Of a stretch of 64,000 bases of DNA, positions 16,163 through 25,536 are shown one piece after another; position 1 is the stretch's first letter; each line of letters begins with the position of its first letter. Source of the stretch: Nitrosopumilus sp. (lineage in GTDB: Archaea > Thermoproteota > Nitrososphaeria > Nitrososphaerales > Nitrosopumilaceae); contig OZ242220.1 in assembly GCA_965206745.1 (NCBI GenBank), positions 1,152,001 through 1,216,000 on the forward strand, written 5' to 3'. The notes beneath the pieces are model-generated. The model did not search any database and was not told where the DNA came from. It saw only the letters and a list, made by a program, of their open reading frames with translations. The translations under genes and the position numbers were made by a program.

Positions 16163-17587
16163 ATGGTACAAGTTATGGATTCAAAACTATGCGATCTTGC
16201 AGATAAGGCAGTCAGGTACGCACAAGAAATAGGAATCCAGTATTGTGATGTCAGGGCAGAGCATCAGAGACGAATGTCGGTTCTTTTGGAGAATGGTGAG
16301 ACAGAGCATGCCAGGATGGGTGATGATAAGGGAGTTGGAATTAGAATGATCAAAGACAACGTATGGAACTTTTGTTCCATAACAAATCCAGAGTCATTTG
16401 GGCAAATCAAAGATTTGATGGATAGTTCTATAAAAAATTCCAGAGGCGGGAATCAGAGCAGAATAGATCTGCATCCAAACGTTCCAAAAAAGATCAAAAT
16501 AGATTATCAATCAATCAGAAAACCAGGACTAGATGAAATGGTAGAAATAGGACTGGAGTGCAGTAAAATCATTTTGCAAGTTCCAAAGATAATCAAATCA
16601 ATTGTCAATCCATGGTATACATTAAACTCAAAATATTTTGTAAATTCAGAAGGCTCAGAAATACAGCAGAATTTCACAGATACAGTAGTAGAGATGATAG
16701 CAACTGCTCATGATTCAGGAATAACCCAAGCAGTAAACATTACAGAGGGAGGCAGGGGAGGACTGGAACAAATAACAAAGGAGGACAAGATCTATCAGAG
16801 CGCAAAAGAAATTGCCTCAAAGGCATCGCAATTAACTCAAGCAAAACCTGCTAAAGAAGAGAATGCAACAGTGGTGATGAATCCAGACTTTGTGTCACTG
16901 CTCACACATGAGATACTCGGACACCCATCAGAAGCTGATAGAGTACTGGGAAAGGAGATGGCATGGGCAGGGGGTGCATGGTGGAAAGGCAAGCTAGGAG
17001 AGAAGATAGGTTCTGAGAACCTAAACGTGTTTGATGACCCCACAATAAAAGAAAGCCTTGGATGGTATCAATTCGATGACGAGGGAATTGAGACTAGAAG
17101 AACAACCCTGGTTGAAAAAGGGGTTTTGAAGAACCACATGCAAAGCAGAGAGACTGCGCAGATATTCAATTCAGCGCCCACAGGAAACATGAGGGCCTCA
17201 AATTATCGATTCATGCCCCTAATACGCATGGCCTGCACATGTATCGGTAACGGGGATAGAGACGTAGAGGAGATAATAAAGGAGGTCAAATGCGGCTATC
17301 TAATTTCCAATATGAAGATCCCCTCAATTGACATGAAACGATATAATTGGAGCATATCGTGCCAGTATGCACAGAGGATTGAAGATGGAGAAATTACGGA
17401 TTTGCTAAGAGACGTGATAGTGATGGGAACAGCACCGGAATTCTTTGAATCCATCGACGCGTGCGGTAACGACTTTACAGTAAGACCGATAACTAATTGT
17501 GGCAAAGGTGATCCAATGCAATCAATGATAATGGGAAATGGCGGGCCTACAGTCAGAGGGACCGCAACGGTGAAGAGTGTGAATTAG
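16163..17587 (+). CDS. tldD: TldD/PmbA family metalloprotease (TldD type)
   Basis: HEILGHPSEAD zinc motif, FDDEG, GNMRA, CGKG.P.Q. Confidence 0.9.
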   Translation: MVQVMDSKLCDLADKAVRYAQEIGIQYCDVRAEHQRRMSVLLENGETEHARMGDDKGVGIRMIKDNVWNFCSITNPESFGQIKDLMDSSIKNSRGGNQSRIDLHPNVPKKIKIDYQSIRKPGLDEMVEIGLECSKIILQVPKIIKSIVNPWYTLNSKYFVNSEGSEIQQNFTDTVVEMIATAHDSGITQAVNITEGGRGGLEQITKEDKIYQSAKEIASKASQLTQAKPAKEENATVVMNPDFVSLLTHEILGHPSEADRVLGKEMAWAGGAWWKGKLGEKIGSENLNVFDDPTIKESLGWYQFDDEGIETRRTTLVEKGVLKNHMQSRETAQIFNSAPTGNMRASNYRFMPLIRMACTCIGNGDRDVEEIIKEVKCGYLISNMKIPSIDMKRYNWSISCQYAQRIEDGEITDLLRDVIVMGTAPEFFESIDACGNDFTVRPITNCGKGDPMQSMIMGNGGPTVRGTATVKSVN

Positions 17588-18181
17588 ATGAGCCAGAAAT
17601 TAGAGATCATCAAAGAAAGCGTGATCGAGTGTACAAAATGTGATCTTTGCAAGACGAGAACCAATTCAGTTCCAGGCAAGGGAAACTTTCACTCAGATGT
17701 GATCTTTGTGGGAGAAGCACCGGGCAGGAACGAGGATGAGGGCGGTGAGCCATTTATCGGAATTGCAGGGAAAAAACTAACAGAGGCCCTAGAAGAGGCA
17801 GGCATTTCAAGGGATGATGTCTACATCACAAACATTGTAAAGTGCAGGCCCCCAAAGAACAGAGTCCCAACCACAGTTGAGAGAGAGACATGCCAAGAAT
17901 ACCTAAAGCAGGAGATATCAATCATCAAGCCCAAGATAATTTGCGTGCTGGGAAATACAGCATTTAACTCGCTTTTGGGAGGCTCGGAGATAACAAAATT
18001 CAGAGGCAAGTTAGTCAGACGAGACGGCCAGTTATATTTTCTGACCATACATCCGGCAGCTACAATTTACAATCAAGAGTTGATCAAGGTCTTGGACAAA
18101 GACATTGTAAAATTGTTTGACTTGATCACAGAGTTAAAAGACAACAGAAAAGTGCAGATAGATATTGACTATACTTCCTAG
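17588..18181 (+). CDS. udg: Family 4 uracil-DNA glycosylase (Fe-S)
   Basis: CTKCDLC, GEAPG..ED..G.PF.G, NIVKCRPP.NR.P, HPAA. Confidence 0.93.
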   Translation: MSQKLEIIKESVIECTKCDLCKTRTNSVPGKGNFHSDVIFVGEAPGRNEDEGGEPFIGIAGKKLTEALEEAGISRDDVYITNIVKCRPPKNRVPTTVERETCQEYLKQEISIIKPKIICVLGNTAFNSLLGGSEITKFRGKLVRRDGQLYFLTIHPAATIYNQELIKVLDKDIVKLFDLITELKDNRKVQIDIDYTS

Positions 18182-18722
18182 AGGGTTTTATTCAAGAGAT
18201 ACATCTGTAGTAGCAAGAAATCTCTTGGGCAAAAAGATCATCAGGAAGATAGGCAGAGATGAGATTTCAGGCATAATCACAGAGACTGAAGCGTATGGAC
18301 ACAGCGATGATCCGGCAAGTCATGCATTTAGAAGGGTCACGGAGAGAAACAGGGCAATGTTTGATAAAGTGGGTTTGGCTTATGTCTATTTCACTTATGG
18401 AATGCATTTTTGCTTTAACATAGTTGCCAGAGAACCAAGAGAGGCTGCCGGAGCTGTGCTTATTCGTGCAATTGAACCCGTAAAAGGAGTCAAAATTATG
18501 CAAGAGAACAGAGGGATGCAGGATTTGAAAAATCTTGCCAACGGACCTGCAAAACTAGCCCAAGCTCTACACATTACAAAAAAACATTACGGTTTTGATG
18601 TTACAAAAAAATCAGAGATATACATTACTCGGGGGATAAAGTCGCAAAAGATCACAGCATCGCCAAGGATAGGAATCACCAAGGCAGCAGACAGGTTGTG
18701 GAATTTTAAAATAAATATCTAG
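18165..18722 (+). CDS. mpg: 3-methyladenine DNA glycosylase (MPG/AAG family)
   Basis: ITETEAY, DPASHA, YVYFTYGMH.C.N, AVLIRAIEP, NGPAKL, PRIGI. Confidence 0.93.
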   Translation: MTILPRGFYSRDTSVVARNLLGKKIIRKIGRDEISGIITETEAYGHSDDPASHAFRRVTERNRAMFDKVGLAYVYFTYGMHFCFNIVAREPREAAGAVLIRAIEPVKGVKIMQENRGMQDLKNLANGPAKLAQALHITKKHYGFDVTKKSEIYITRGIKSQKITASPRIGITKAADRLWNFKINI

Positions 18723-19354
18723 TCTTCTTTATTATTTTCATCCAAGGTCCACGGTGCAAACCTGCCAAGGATTCTTGCCCAGTCCAATCGCAGCAGCAAC
18801 ACAATAACTGCAGTCATCATCACTCCAAAGATTATGATTCCGATGTAGATCGGGGTGGCATCATCAATATTTTCAAGCAAAGGCTCTACCAAAGACAGTC
18901 CCAAATGGTGCGAGATAAATACAATTGAATAGCTTAGGACAATTTTTCCAGTAAGAGTGGCAATAAAGAATCGCTTGGGATTGTATCTTGCCAGTCCCAA
19001 TGGAACGTAGACCAGATCGTCGGGAATCGGGGTTGCAGCAGCAAAAAAAGCAGCTCCTGCGCCATACCGCTTGATTAGGCGCTCAAATGGACGCATCCTC
19101 TTTCGGGTTTTTTCATTGATTATCCTCCTTCCGCCATAACTGACATAGAAGATAATTTGCTTTGCGATAGTTGCGGCAATTGCAGAGACTAGCGCCAAAA
19201 TATGTAGATCATATTGATTACCTACGGACATTGTTGCAAGAAGCAAAAATCCAGGTAGCGGGACAAAAGGTATCAGAGAGCCAAAGAAGTTGACTAGAGC
19301 CAGAAGAGAGTAACCAACATCAGGCGCAAATGGAAAGATGTCAATAAAATCCAC
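18719..19354 (-). CDS. DedA/VTT (SNARE-associated) membrane protein
   Basis: PFVPLPG, AATPIPDD, GLARY...RFF..T..GK; probable GTG start at 19354. Confidence 0.82.
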   Translation of the reverse strand: MDFIDIFPFAPDVGYSLLALVNFFGSLIPFVPLPGFLLLATMSVGNQYDLHILALVSAIAATIAKQIIFYVSYGGRRIINEKTRKRMRPFERLIKRYGAGAAFFAAATPIPDDLVYVPLGLARYNPKRFFIATLTGKIVLSYSIVFISHHLGLSLVEPLLENIDDATPIYIGIIIFGVMMTAVIVLLLRLDWARILGRFAPWTLDENNKED

Positions 19355-19444
19355 AGATCTGACTTGTCTCAGGCTGTATTTAATTAAACCTAGAATGAGA
19401 GACTTGCAATTCATTAAAATATCATCTCTTTAGAACTCTATTGA

Positions 19445-19819
19445 TTGTCAAAGAAAGATTTTGAAGCGATTTGTAGTGCCATTGCAACAATTAGCCCATT
19501 TATCAGATTTATAGGCGTGATTGGGGAGAGTGGGAATTTGCGCGCATACAAACGAAGGCCGGAACTAGTTCCTCTTTTAAACGAAAAAAATACCCAGTAT
19601 CAATTCTCGCACATTGCAATGAAGACGGATTTGGAAGGATTTTTTGACAAGAATCTGGGCGAGGTCGAGTTTGTCTGGGAAGAGAGGAAGAAGGTTCAGA
19701 CGATCTCATTTGCAATTAAAAAATCAAGAGTATGGATATCAATCGATAAAAAAGTGATCAGAACAGAGATGTTGAGAATCATCGATTCGTGCTTGCCAAT
19801 TGTGAAAAAATATTCCTAA
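19445..19819 (+). CDS. thaumarchaeal hypothetical protein (profilin/roadblock-like fold)
   Basis: IRFIGVI...G.L...R..L.PLL, FD..LG.V.F....R.KV pattern of a paralogous AOA family. Confidence 0.6.
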   Translation: MSKKDFEAICSAIATISPFIRFIGVIGESGNLRAYKRRPELVPLLNEKNTQYQFSHIAMKTDLEGFFDKNLGEVEFVWEERKKVQTISFAIKKSRVWISIDKKVIRTEMLRIIDSCLPIVKKYS

Positions 19820-19941
19820 CGCATCAAATGACCGTATTGTAGAGCAGTTTAGATTCACATGACAGATGCCCCTACCATATATCCATCTTTAGTTCACAAG
19901 AGTCACCTAAACCATAAGTTTCTTCAGAAATTCTGCAAACC

Positions 19942-20715
19942 TTGGCAAGAAAATTAATGTTTTTTAGTGAAAAGCAACAAATTTCTTTAATGAATGATAA
20001 AACTAATTGGAAAATTAATTTTGTACTATCAGAAGAAATTAACTGTAGGGATCTTCCTTCATGCAATGATGTAGAATTTGATGTCATTACAAATAAAGCA
20101 AATCCAAAATCCATTACGGGGTTTGACATCATACTGAATAATATAACAAAAGACCAAGTTAGGCAATTAGCCACAAGCAAAGCTCAAAGAGTGACAGATC
20201 TGTTTGCATATCTTTCGTGTATAGCATTAAAATGCAAAATAAATGGAATTAGTGAAAAAAAACCATCTGGAGGTTACACTGTATCAAAGATATTGACTAT
20301 AGAATATAAAATTAAAAATAATATAGATATTACTATATTTAACCAAAAATTAACTGATGTGCTAAAAGGCAAAGATTTGAAATTAAATCAACAAATGGAA
20401 TACTTCAACAAGGCTTTAAATTCTATAACATTTGGAGATCCTGATTCAGCCATTAGAAATTTGTTTTTGATGTATGATGTTAAAGAACTACCAAAAGACG
20501 TGGAAAAATACGAATCACTTAGACATGCATTAAGTCATGACACAGTTTATCCATGTAATATTGAAAATATATCGAATAATTTTGGCAAGGATTATTTCAA
20601 ATTTACTGAAAAAGGACATTTTGATCATAGTTCAGAAAATAATAAAAATCATCTAACTGTAGAAGCAAATAATTTTCTAAATCAAGCAAAAAAAGAAATA
20701 AAAAAAATACTGTAA
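19942..20715 (+). CDS. HEPN-domain protein (ApeA/MauJ-like), AT-rich; true start probably ATG 19957 or 19990
   Basis: C-terminal helical domain with RHALSH (Rx4H) at 20521-20538, preceded by a YFNKAL...AIRNLF helix pair; beta-rich N-terminal domain. Confidence 0.55.
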   Translation: MARKLMFFSEKQQISLMNDKTNWKINFVLSEEINCRDLPSCNDVEFDVITNKANPKSITGFDIILNNITKDQVRQLATSKAQRVTDLFAYLSCIALKCKINGISEKKPSGGYTVSKILTIEYKIKNNIDITIFNQKLTDVLKGKDLKLNQQMEYFNKALNSITFGDPDSAIRNLFLMYDVKELPKDVEKYESLRHALSHDTVYPCNIENISNNFGKDYFKFTEKGHFDHSSENNKNHLTVEANNFLNQAKKEIKKIL

Positions 20716-20984
20716 GCCAATTCTGTCAACTAAAACCAAACTGTTACATCAAGAATCACATGCAAGCAAGAAACATCAGATTCAAGATTGAATAATTTTG
20801 AAATTATATAAAGAATAATATCCAAATTCACCATCGCACTCCATTTTGAAATCTAATTCAACTCTAATTCCAATATCTATTGAATTTCAAAAAAATGAGT
20901 TTTGATTAATATGTACATTTTTCTAGATTCTATCAATCTGACGGAATACAGTGATACAATCAAACCATTCAGTAAAAAGTAAAA

Positions 20985-21926
20985 TTATTTTTCATCCTCA
21001 TACAACCAGCACCGGACGTATCCTGTTTCGGTTTTAAATTTAGGAGGAAGTTCTTTGCATTTTTCTATGGCCAGAGGACATCGCTCGATGAATCTGCACT
21101 GGTTCGGGGCATCAAGTAAGCTAGGCGGAATGCCTTTGATGTATTTTGGAGTGTCGCCTTTCAAAGTTGGGATAGACTCCAAAAGTCCCTGAGTGTAAGG
21201 ATGCTTGGGATTTTTGTAAATTTGTTCTGAAGAACCAAATTCTACCATCTGCCCGCCATACATGATGCCAATTTTATCGGCAATTTCAGATAGGACCGCC
21301 AAATCATGCGTGATTAGCATAAATGACATGCCGTCTTTTTTGAGGGATTTTAAAAGATTGATGATTTGTGCCTGAATTAAAACATCTAATGCAGTAGTAG
21401 GCTCATCTGCAATCACAAATTTGGGTTTGAGTAGTAGCGCCATTGCAATTATCACCCTTTGCTTCATCCCTCCACTAAGTTCATGGGGATATTTTTTGAG
21501 AATATTTTCATCAAGACTGACAGAATTCATAGCATCAAGTATTGTCTTCTTTGAATCACCATTAAACGAATGGGCATTTAGAATCTCAACGAACTGCTCA
21601 TTGATTGTAAAAACAGGATCCAACGAGTTCATGGCCCCCTGAAATATCATGGATATTTTTTTCCACCTGTATTTGTCATTAAATTCAGATTCATCCAGAT
21701 CCAAAAGGGAGATGCCATCAAACGTGATCTGGCCTTTTGCAGTACCGCCTGAGAGCATCCGAATTAATGACAGGCCCAGGGTGCTTTTTCCGCATGCGCT
21801 CTCACCTGCAATTCCTATTGATTCCCCATCATTTAATTGAAAATCAACATCATCGACGGCGTAAACTGGCCCTTGAGACGAAGAGTACCTTGAAGATAAT
21901 CCGTCAACTTTTAGAAATGTCATCAT
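20985..21926 (-). CDS. Oligopeptide/dipeptide ABC transporter ATP-binding subunit (OppD/DppD)
   Basis: GESACGKST, YPHELSGGMKQR, IADEPTTALD, HPYT.GL, C-terminal CRF..RC...C..C. Confidence 0.93.
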   Translation of the reverse strand: MMTFLKVDGLSSRYSSSQGPVYAVDDVDFQLNDGESIGIAGESACGKSTLGLSLIRMLSGGTAKGQITFDGISLLDLDESEFNDKYRWKKISMIFQGAMNSLDPVFTINEQFVEILNAHSFNGDSKKTILDAMNSVSLDENILKKYPHELSGGMKQRVIIAMALLLKPKFVIADEPTTALDVLIQAQIINLLKSLKKDGMSFMLITHDLAVLSEIADKIGIMYGGQMVEFGSSEQIYKNPKHPYTQGLLESIPTLKGDTPKYIKGIPPSLLDAPNQCRFIERCPLAIEKCKELPPKFKTETGYVRCWLYEDEK

Positions 21927-22005
21927 TCTCTCAGATCCAAACTAGGATTTTTGTTTTGCACTAAGGGATATAAACAACATTATCAGAATGAAAAAGTCGA
22001 TTTAA

Positions 22006-22518
22006 ATGAAATTACCTATTTGTGGCTTTGATGCCAAAAACGCAGTTCTCTGTCCTCAATGTGAGAGCAAAGTCGAGTCAGGCACGCTGACAAAGGCTGA
22101 CGTGGAGGCATCACTGAATCTTGCAAAGATTGCAAAGTCAAATAAGGAGATTGAAAATTTCACATTATACTCATGTAAGGAGTTTGAGGGAAATTTCGTG
22201 TTATCTTTGGAAAAGAGAGATATCATGATAATTAGGCAAAGCAGGACCCTATATAGGATATTGCAAGATCAGTTCAAAGGAAAGATCTGGCTTGTGGAGG
22301 CAGATGAGACAGACAAGCGGTTCATAGAGGATTTGTTTTTTCCGACAAAAATTCTGTCAATTAACGCAGTCTGGGCACCAGGAAAGGTTCAAAAAACAAA
22401 AGCGGTCGTTTCAGGCAGATGGACTCCCAAATTCCCAATTGATACAGAAAAAGTCATACAGATAGTGAAAAATGCCCGAAACCTTGACATTGAGATAGAA
22501 TTTGAGGATAAGAGATAG
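22006..22518 (+). CDS. NusA-like KH / Zn-ribbon protein (archaeal, typically adjacent to aspS)
   Basis: N-terminal PIC.FD.K..VLCPQC; KH-like C-terminus. Confidence 0.7.
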   Translation: MKLPICGFDAKNAVLCPQCESKVESGTLTKADVEASLNLAKIAKSNKEIENFTLYSCKEFEGNFVLSLEKRDIMIIRQSRTLYRILQDQFKGKIWLVEADETDKRFIEDLFFPTKILSINAVWAPGKVQKTKAVVSGRWTPKFPIDTEKVIQIVKNARNLDIEIEFEDKR

Positions 22519-22522
22519 CACC

Positions 22523-23809
22523 ATGGTCTTCGTAAAAACGCACAACATCTCTGAATTAAACCAAGAATTGATTGGAAAGCAAGTAGTATTGGGAGGATGG
22601 ATTGAGGATCTTAGAAAGTTGGGAAAGATGTCATTTATCACCCTCAGAGACATCTCAGGGCTATCCCAAGTGATAGTCAAAGGAGAACTAAATGACAATC
22701 TTGGAGAGATCAATCGCCAAAGTGCAGTAAGCATCAAAGGAATAGTTCAAGAGACCAAAGCTCGTGACTTTGCCTTTGAGATTAAAGCAGAAGAGATACA
22801 AGTACTTGGAAAGGCGATTCACCCATTACCAGTCGATCCGATTGGAAGGCTAGAAAGTAACATCGATACAAGATTAAATCACAGGGCACTAGATATGAGA
22901 AATCAAAGAACGGCTTCAATCTTCAAGTTACGTCACCATGTTTTACAATCATTGAGAAAGACATTGTCTGATAAGAAATTCTTGGAGATTACAACGCCGA
23001 AAATTATCGGCAGTGCAAGCGAGGGAGGCGCAGATTTATTTTCATTGGATTATTTTGGAAAAACAGCATATCTTGCACAAAGCCCTCAACTATACAAGGA
23101 GCAGATGACCATAGGGCTAGAGAGAGTCTTTGAGATCTCAAACTTTTACAGGGCGGAAAATTCCCACACAGGAAGACATCTGACAGAATTTACCAGCATA
23201 GACATCGAGGCGGCATTTATGGACTATGAAGACGTCATGGATGTTTTAGAGTCACTGGTTGTGTCAGTTTACAGAGACATTTCAGAAAACTGCAAAGCAG
23301 AACAGGATGCAATTGAGCATGCCATAGAAATGCCATCAGCACCATTTGAGAGAGTAACATACACTCAATGTGTAGAAGAGTTGAAGAGTGCAGGAGAAAA
23401 ATTAGAGTTTGGGGACGACCTGCTTGACTCGCATTTAAGAATCATTGGTCAGAACCATCCGGGATTCTTCTTTCTGACTGACTGGCCCATGAAATTAAAA
23501 CCATTTTACATTAGAGAAAAGGACGAGGACCCAACATTGTCGCGTTCGTTTGATTTGCAGTATGGATTTTTAGAGTTGTCCTCAGGAGGAACCAGACTTC
23601 ACAATCCAGAGATGCTAAAGAACAGGCTAAAAGAGCAGGGGCTTGATCCGGCTCAATTTGCAGACCATCTTAAGACATTTGATTGGGGAATGCCACCGCA
23701 CTCAGGATGGGGTATGGGGTTAGACAGACTGATGAGCACGTTGATTGGAATTGATAATGTTCGTGAAGTTGTATTGTATCCACGAGATCCGGACAGGCTA
23801 AGCCCATAA
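22523..23809 (+). CDS. aspS: Aspartyl-tRNA synthetase, archaeal type (probably non-discriminating)
   Basis: OB fold GW....RKLG...F..LRD, LAQSPQLYK, YRAE.S.T.RHLTEF, GMPPH.G.G.G.DR. Confidence 0.96.
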   Translation: MVFVKTHNISELNQELIGKQVVLGGWIEDLRKLGKMSFITLRDISGLSQVIVKGELNDNLGEINRQSAVSIKGIVQETKARDFAFEIKAEEIQVLGKAIHPLPVDPIGRLESNIDTRLNHRALDMRNQRTASIFKLRHHVLQSLRKTLSDKKFLEITTPKIIGSASEGGADLFSLDYFGKTAYLAQSPQLYKEQMTIGLERVFEISNFYRAENSHTGRHLTEFTSIDIEAAFMDYEDVMDVLESLVVSVYRDISENCKAEQDAIEHAIEMPSAPFERVTYTQCVEELKSAGEKLEFGDDLLDSHLRIIGQNHPGFFFLTDWPMKLKPFYIREKDEDPTLSRSFDLQYGFLELSSGGTRLHNPEMLKNRLKEQGLDPAQFADHLKTFDWGMPPHSGWGMGLDRLMSTLIGIDNVREVVLYPRDPDRLSP

Positions 23810-23826
23810 AGGAGGTATTGTGAATC

Positions 23827-24060
23827 ATGACGCTATTCTGTAAACAATGCAATCAAAGAAGACTGCCAATCATATTTGCAAAAGACAAAGCCCCGCTGTG
23901 GCTATGTGAGGAATGTGAGAATTTTGCAGATGGCAATGATGTCATCATCAGAGAGCTAGCCAAGGATGAAAAGGATCAGAGAAATAGGAAACTAGACGAT
24001 TTTCAAAAAAACACAGCGCTAAACGGAGAAAAACTAAGAAGAAGGAAGGGCGTTAATTAA
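23827..24060 (+). CDS. small zinc-ribbon protein
   Basis: CKQC...WLCEEC; GGAGG upstream. Confidence 0.7.
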   Translation: MTLFCKQCNQRRLPIIFAKDKAPLWLCEECENFADGNDVIIRELAKDEKDQRNRKLDDFQKNTALNGEKLRRRKGVN

Positions 24061-24062
24061 TC

Positions 24063-24317
24063 ATGATCGAGCAAGCAGATGCTAAAAAAGTGGTGGAGGT
24101 AATTGGAAACAATTTGATCGGGGTATCACATGATTCAAGCAGCTTTGCAAAGTTGCCAGACTCGTTTTGGGGATACTTTGCAAGAGGCCATGACACAAAG
24201 GGAACATTTGGAGTCATCGTAACTTACTCCCAAGAAGGCAAAGACGTAGATGAATTGATAAAAATGTATGAGGAATGGGCTGCAAAAAACAAAGCAGAAT
24301 CAAAAGAGTCTACTTAG
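24063..24317 (+). CDS. hypothetical protein
   Basis: 84-aa ORF coupled to the previous gene. Confidence 0.65.
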   Translation: MIEQADAKKVVEVIGNNLIGVSHDSSSFAKLPDSFWGYFARGHDTKGTFGVIVTYSQEGKDVDELIKMYEEWAAKNKAESKEST

Positions 24318-24441
24318 TCTCTTTGAGCAGTTTGCGATATCCAGCACATTCCTTACAAATTGGTTTCCCCTTATACTTTGGATTGCCGTCAGTGATTTTC
24401 AGGGTTCCCGGAACGACTTTACAAATACAGCAATCGACCAT
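24310..24441 (-). CDS. small zinc-finger protein MVDCCICKVVPGTLKITDGNPKYKGKPICKECAGYRKLLKETK (43 aa)
   Basis: Read manually; CxxC...CxxC; TTTATTAA box about 25 nt upstream. Confidence 0.65.
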   Translation of the reverse strand: MVDCCICKVVPGTLKITDGNPKYKGKPICKECAGYRKLLKETK

Positions 24442-24481
24442 ATGTTTGGATTAAGGACGGGATTAATAAAAATTGGTAATT

Positions 24482-25495
24482 TTAGAGATTCTCTGTGATT
24501 TGTCGGGCAAACTCACTAGTGCTCTTATCTCCACCAATGTCTTTGGTTTTCACACCGGATTTTACCAAGTCAAAGATTGTGGATTCCAATTTTGCTCCGA
24601 CCTTGACGCACTTGGAATCACCATGTTTGTTTCCAAGCCAATCAAGCATCATCTTAATTGATAGTAAGAATGACGAGGGATTGGCAATGTTTTTTCCTGC
24701 AATGTCAAATGCGGCACCGTGCACTGGCTCAAACAATGCAAATTTGTCTCCAATGTTGGCAGCTGGGGCCATCCCTAAACCGCCGACGACTTGTGAGGAT
24801 TCATCAGATAAAATATCGCCAAACAGGTTAGTAGTAACTACAACATCAAACTGCTCTGGTTGCCGAATCAAGTTCATAGCGCATGCATCCACATACATTT
24901 GTTCAAATGCAATATCAGGATAGTCTGCAGAGACATCAGAGCATGCTTTTGCAAACATGCCATCAGTAACTCGCATCACATTTGATTTATGCACGCATGT
25001 TACTTTTCTCATAGAGTCACGCTGCTTGGCAGTTTCAAAAGCATATTTTGCAATTCTTTTTGAGGCTTTCTCAGAGATTATTCTCAATGCGACAGACGAG
25101 TCGCCCAAGCTGAATTCTTTGCCAGTATAAAGATCTTCAGTGTTTTCCCTCACTATCACCATGTCAATGTCATCACGCAATGCAGGCATGTGCGGGTATG
25201 ATTTTGCAGGTCTGATGTTGGCATACAAGTCAAGCATTCTTCTCAACACCACTATGACATCAGCTGCACTTTCACCAACAGGTGCCTTTAAACAAGCATC
25301 AGACTGTTTTATGGATTCAACTGTTTCATCAGGAAGTGCCTTGCCAGTCTCAGACAGTGCCCTGTCACCTGCAGATAACTTTGCAATATCAAATTTTAAA
25401 TCAAGTTTATCATGAATTGCATCCAAAACAGAGATTGCAGACTCTGATAACTCAGGCCCTATCCCATCGCCGGTAATTAATGAAATTTTATACAT
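24482..25495 (-). CDS. leuB: 3-isopropylmalate dehydrogenase (isocitrate/IPM dehydrogenase family)
   Basis: GDGIGPE, LYANIRP, RENTEDLY, HKSNV, NLFGDILSD, EPVHGAA.DIAGK; last gene of the ilv/leu operon. Confidence 0.85.
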   Translation of the reverse strand: MYKISLITGDGIGPELSESAISVLDAIHDKLDLKFDIAKLSAGDRALSETGKALPDETVESIKQSDACLKAPVGESAADVIVVLRRMLDLYANIRPAKSYPHMPALRDDIDMVIVRENTEDLYTGKEFSLGDSSVALRIISEKASKRIAKYAFETAKQRDSMRKVTCVHKSNVMRVTDGMFAKACSDVSADYPDIAFEQMYVDACAMNLIRQPEQFDVVVTTNLFGDILSDESSQVVGGLGMAPAANIGDKFALFEPVHGAAFDIAGKNIANPSSFLLSIKMMLDWLGNKHGDSKCVKVGAKLESTIFDLVKSGVKTKDIGGDKSTSEFARQITENL

Positions 25496-25536
25496 ATCAA
25501 AGCATCATATCAAAGGGAATTTTAGGTTTATCTTGC

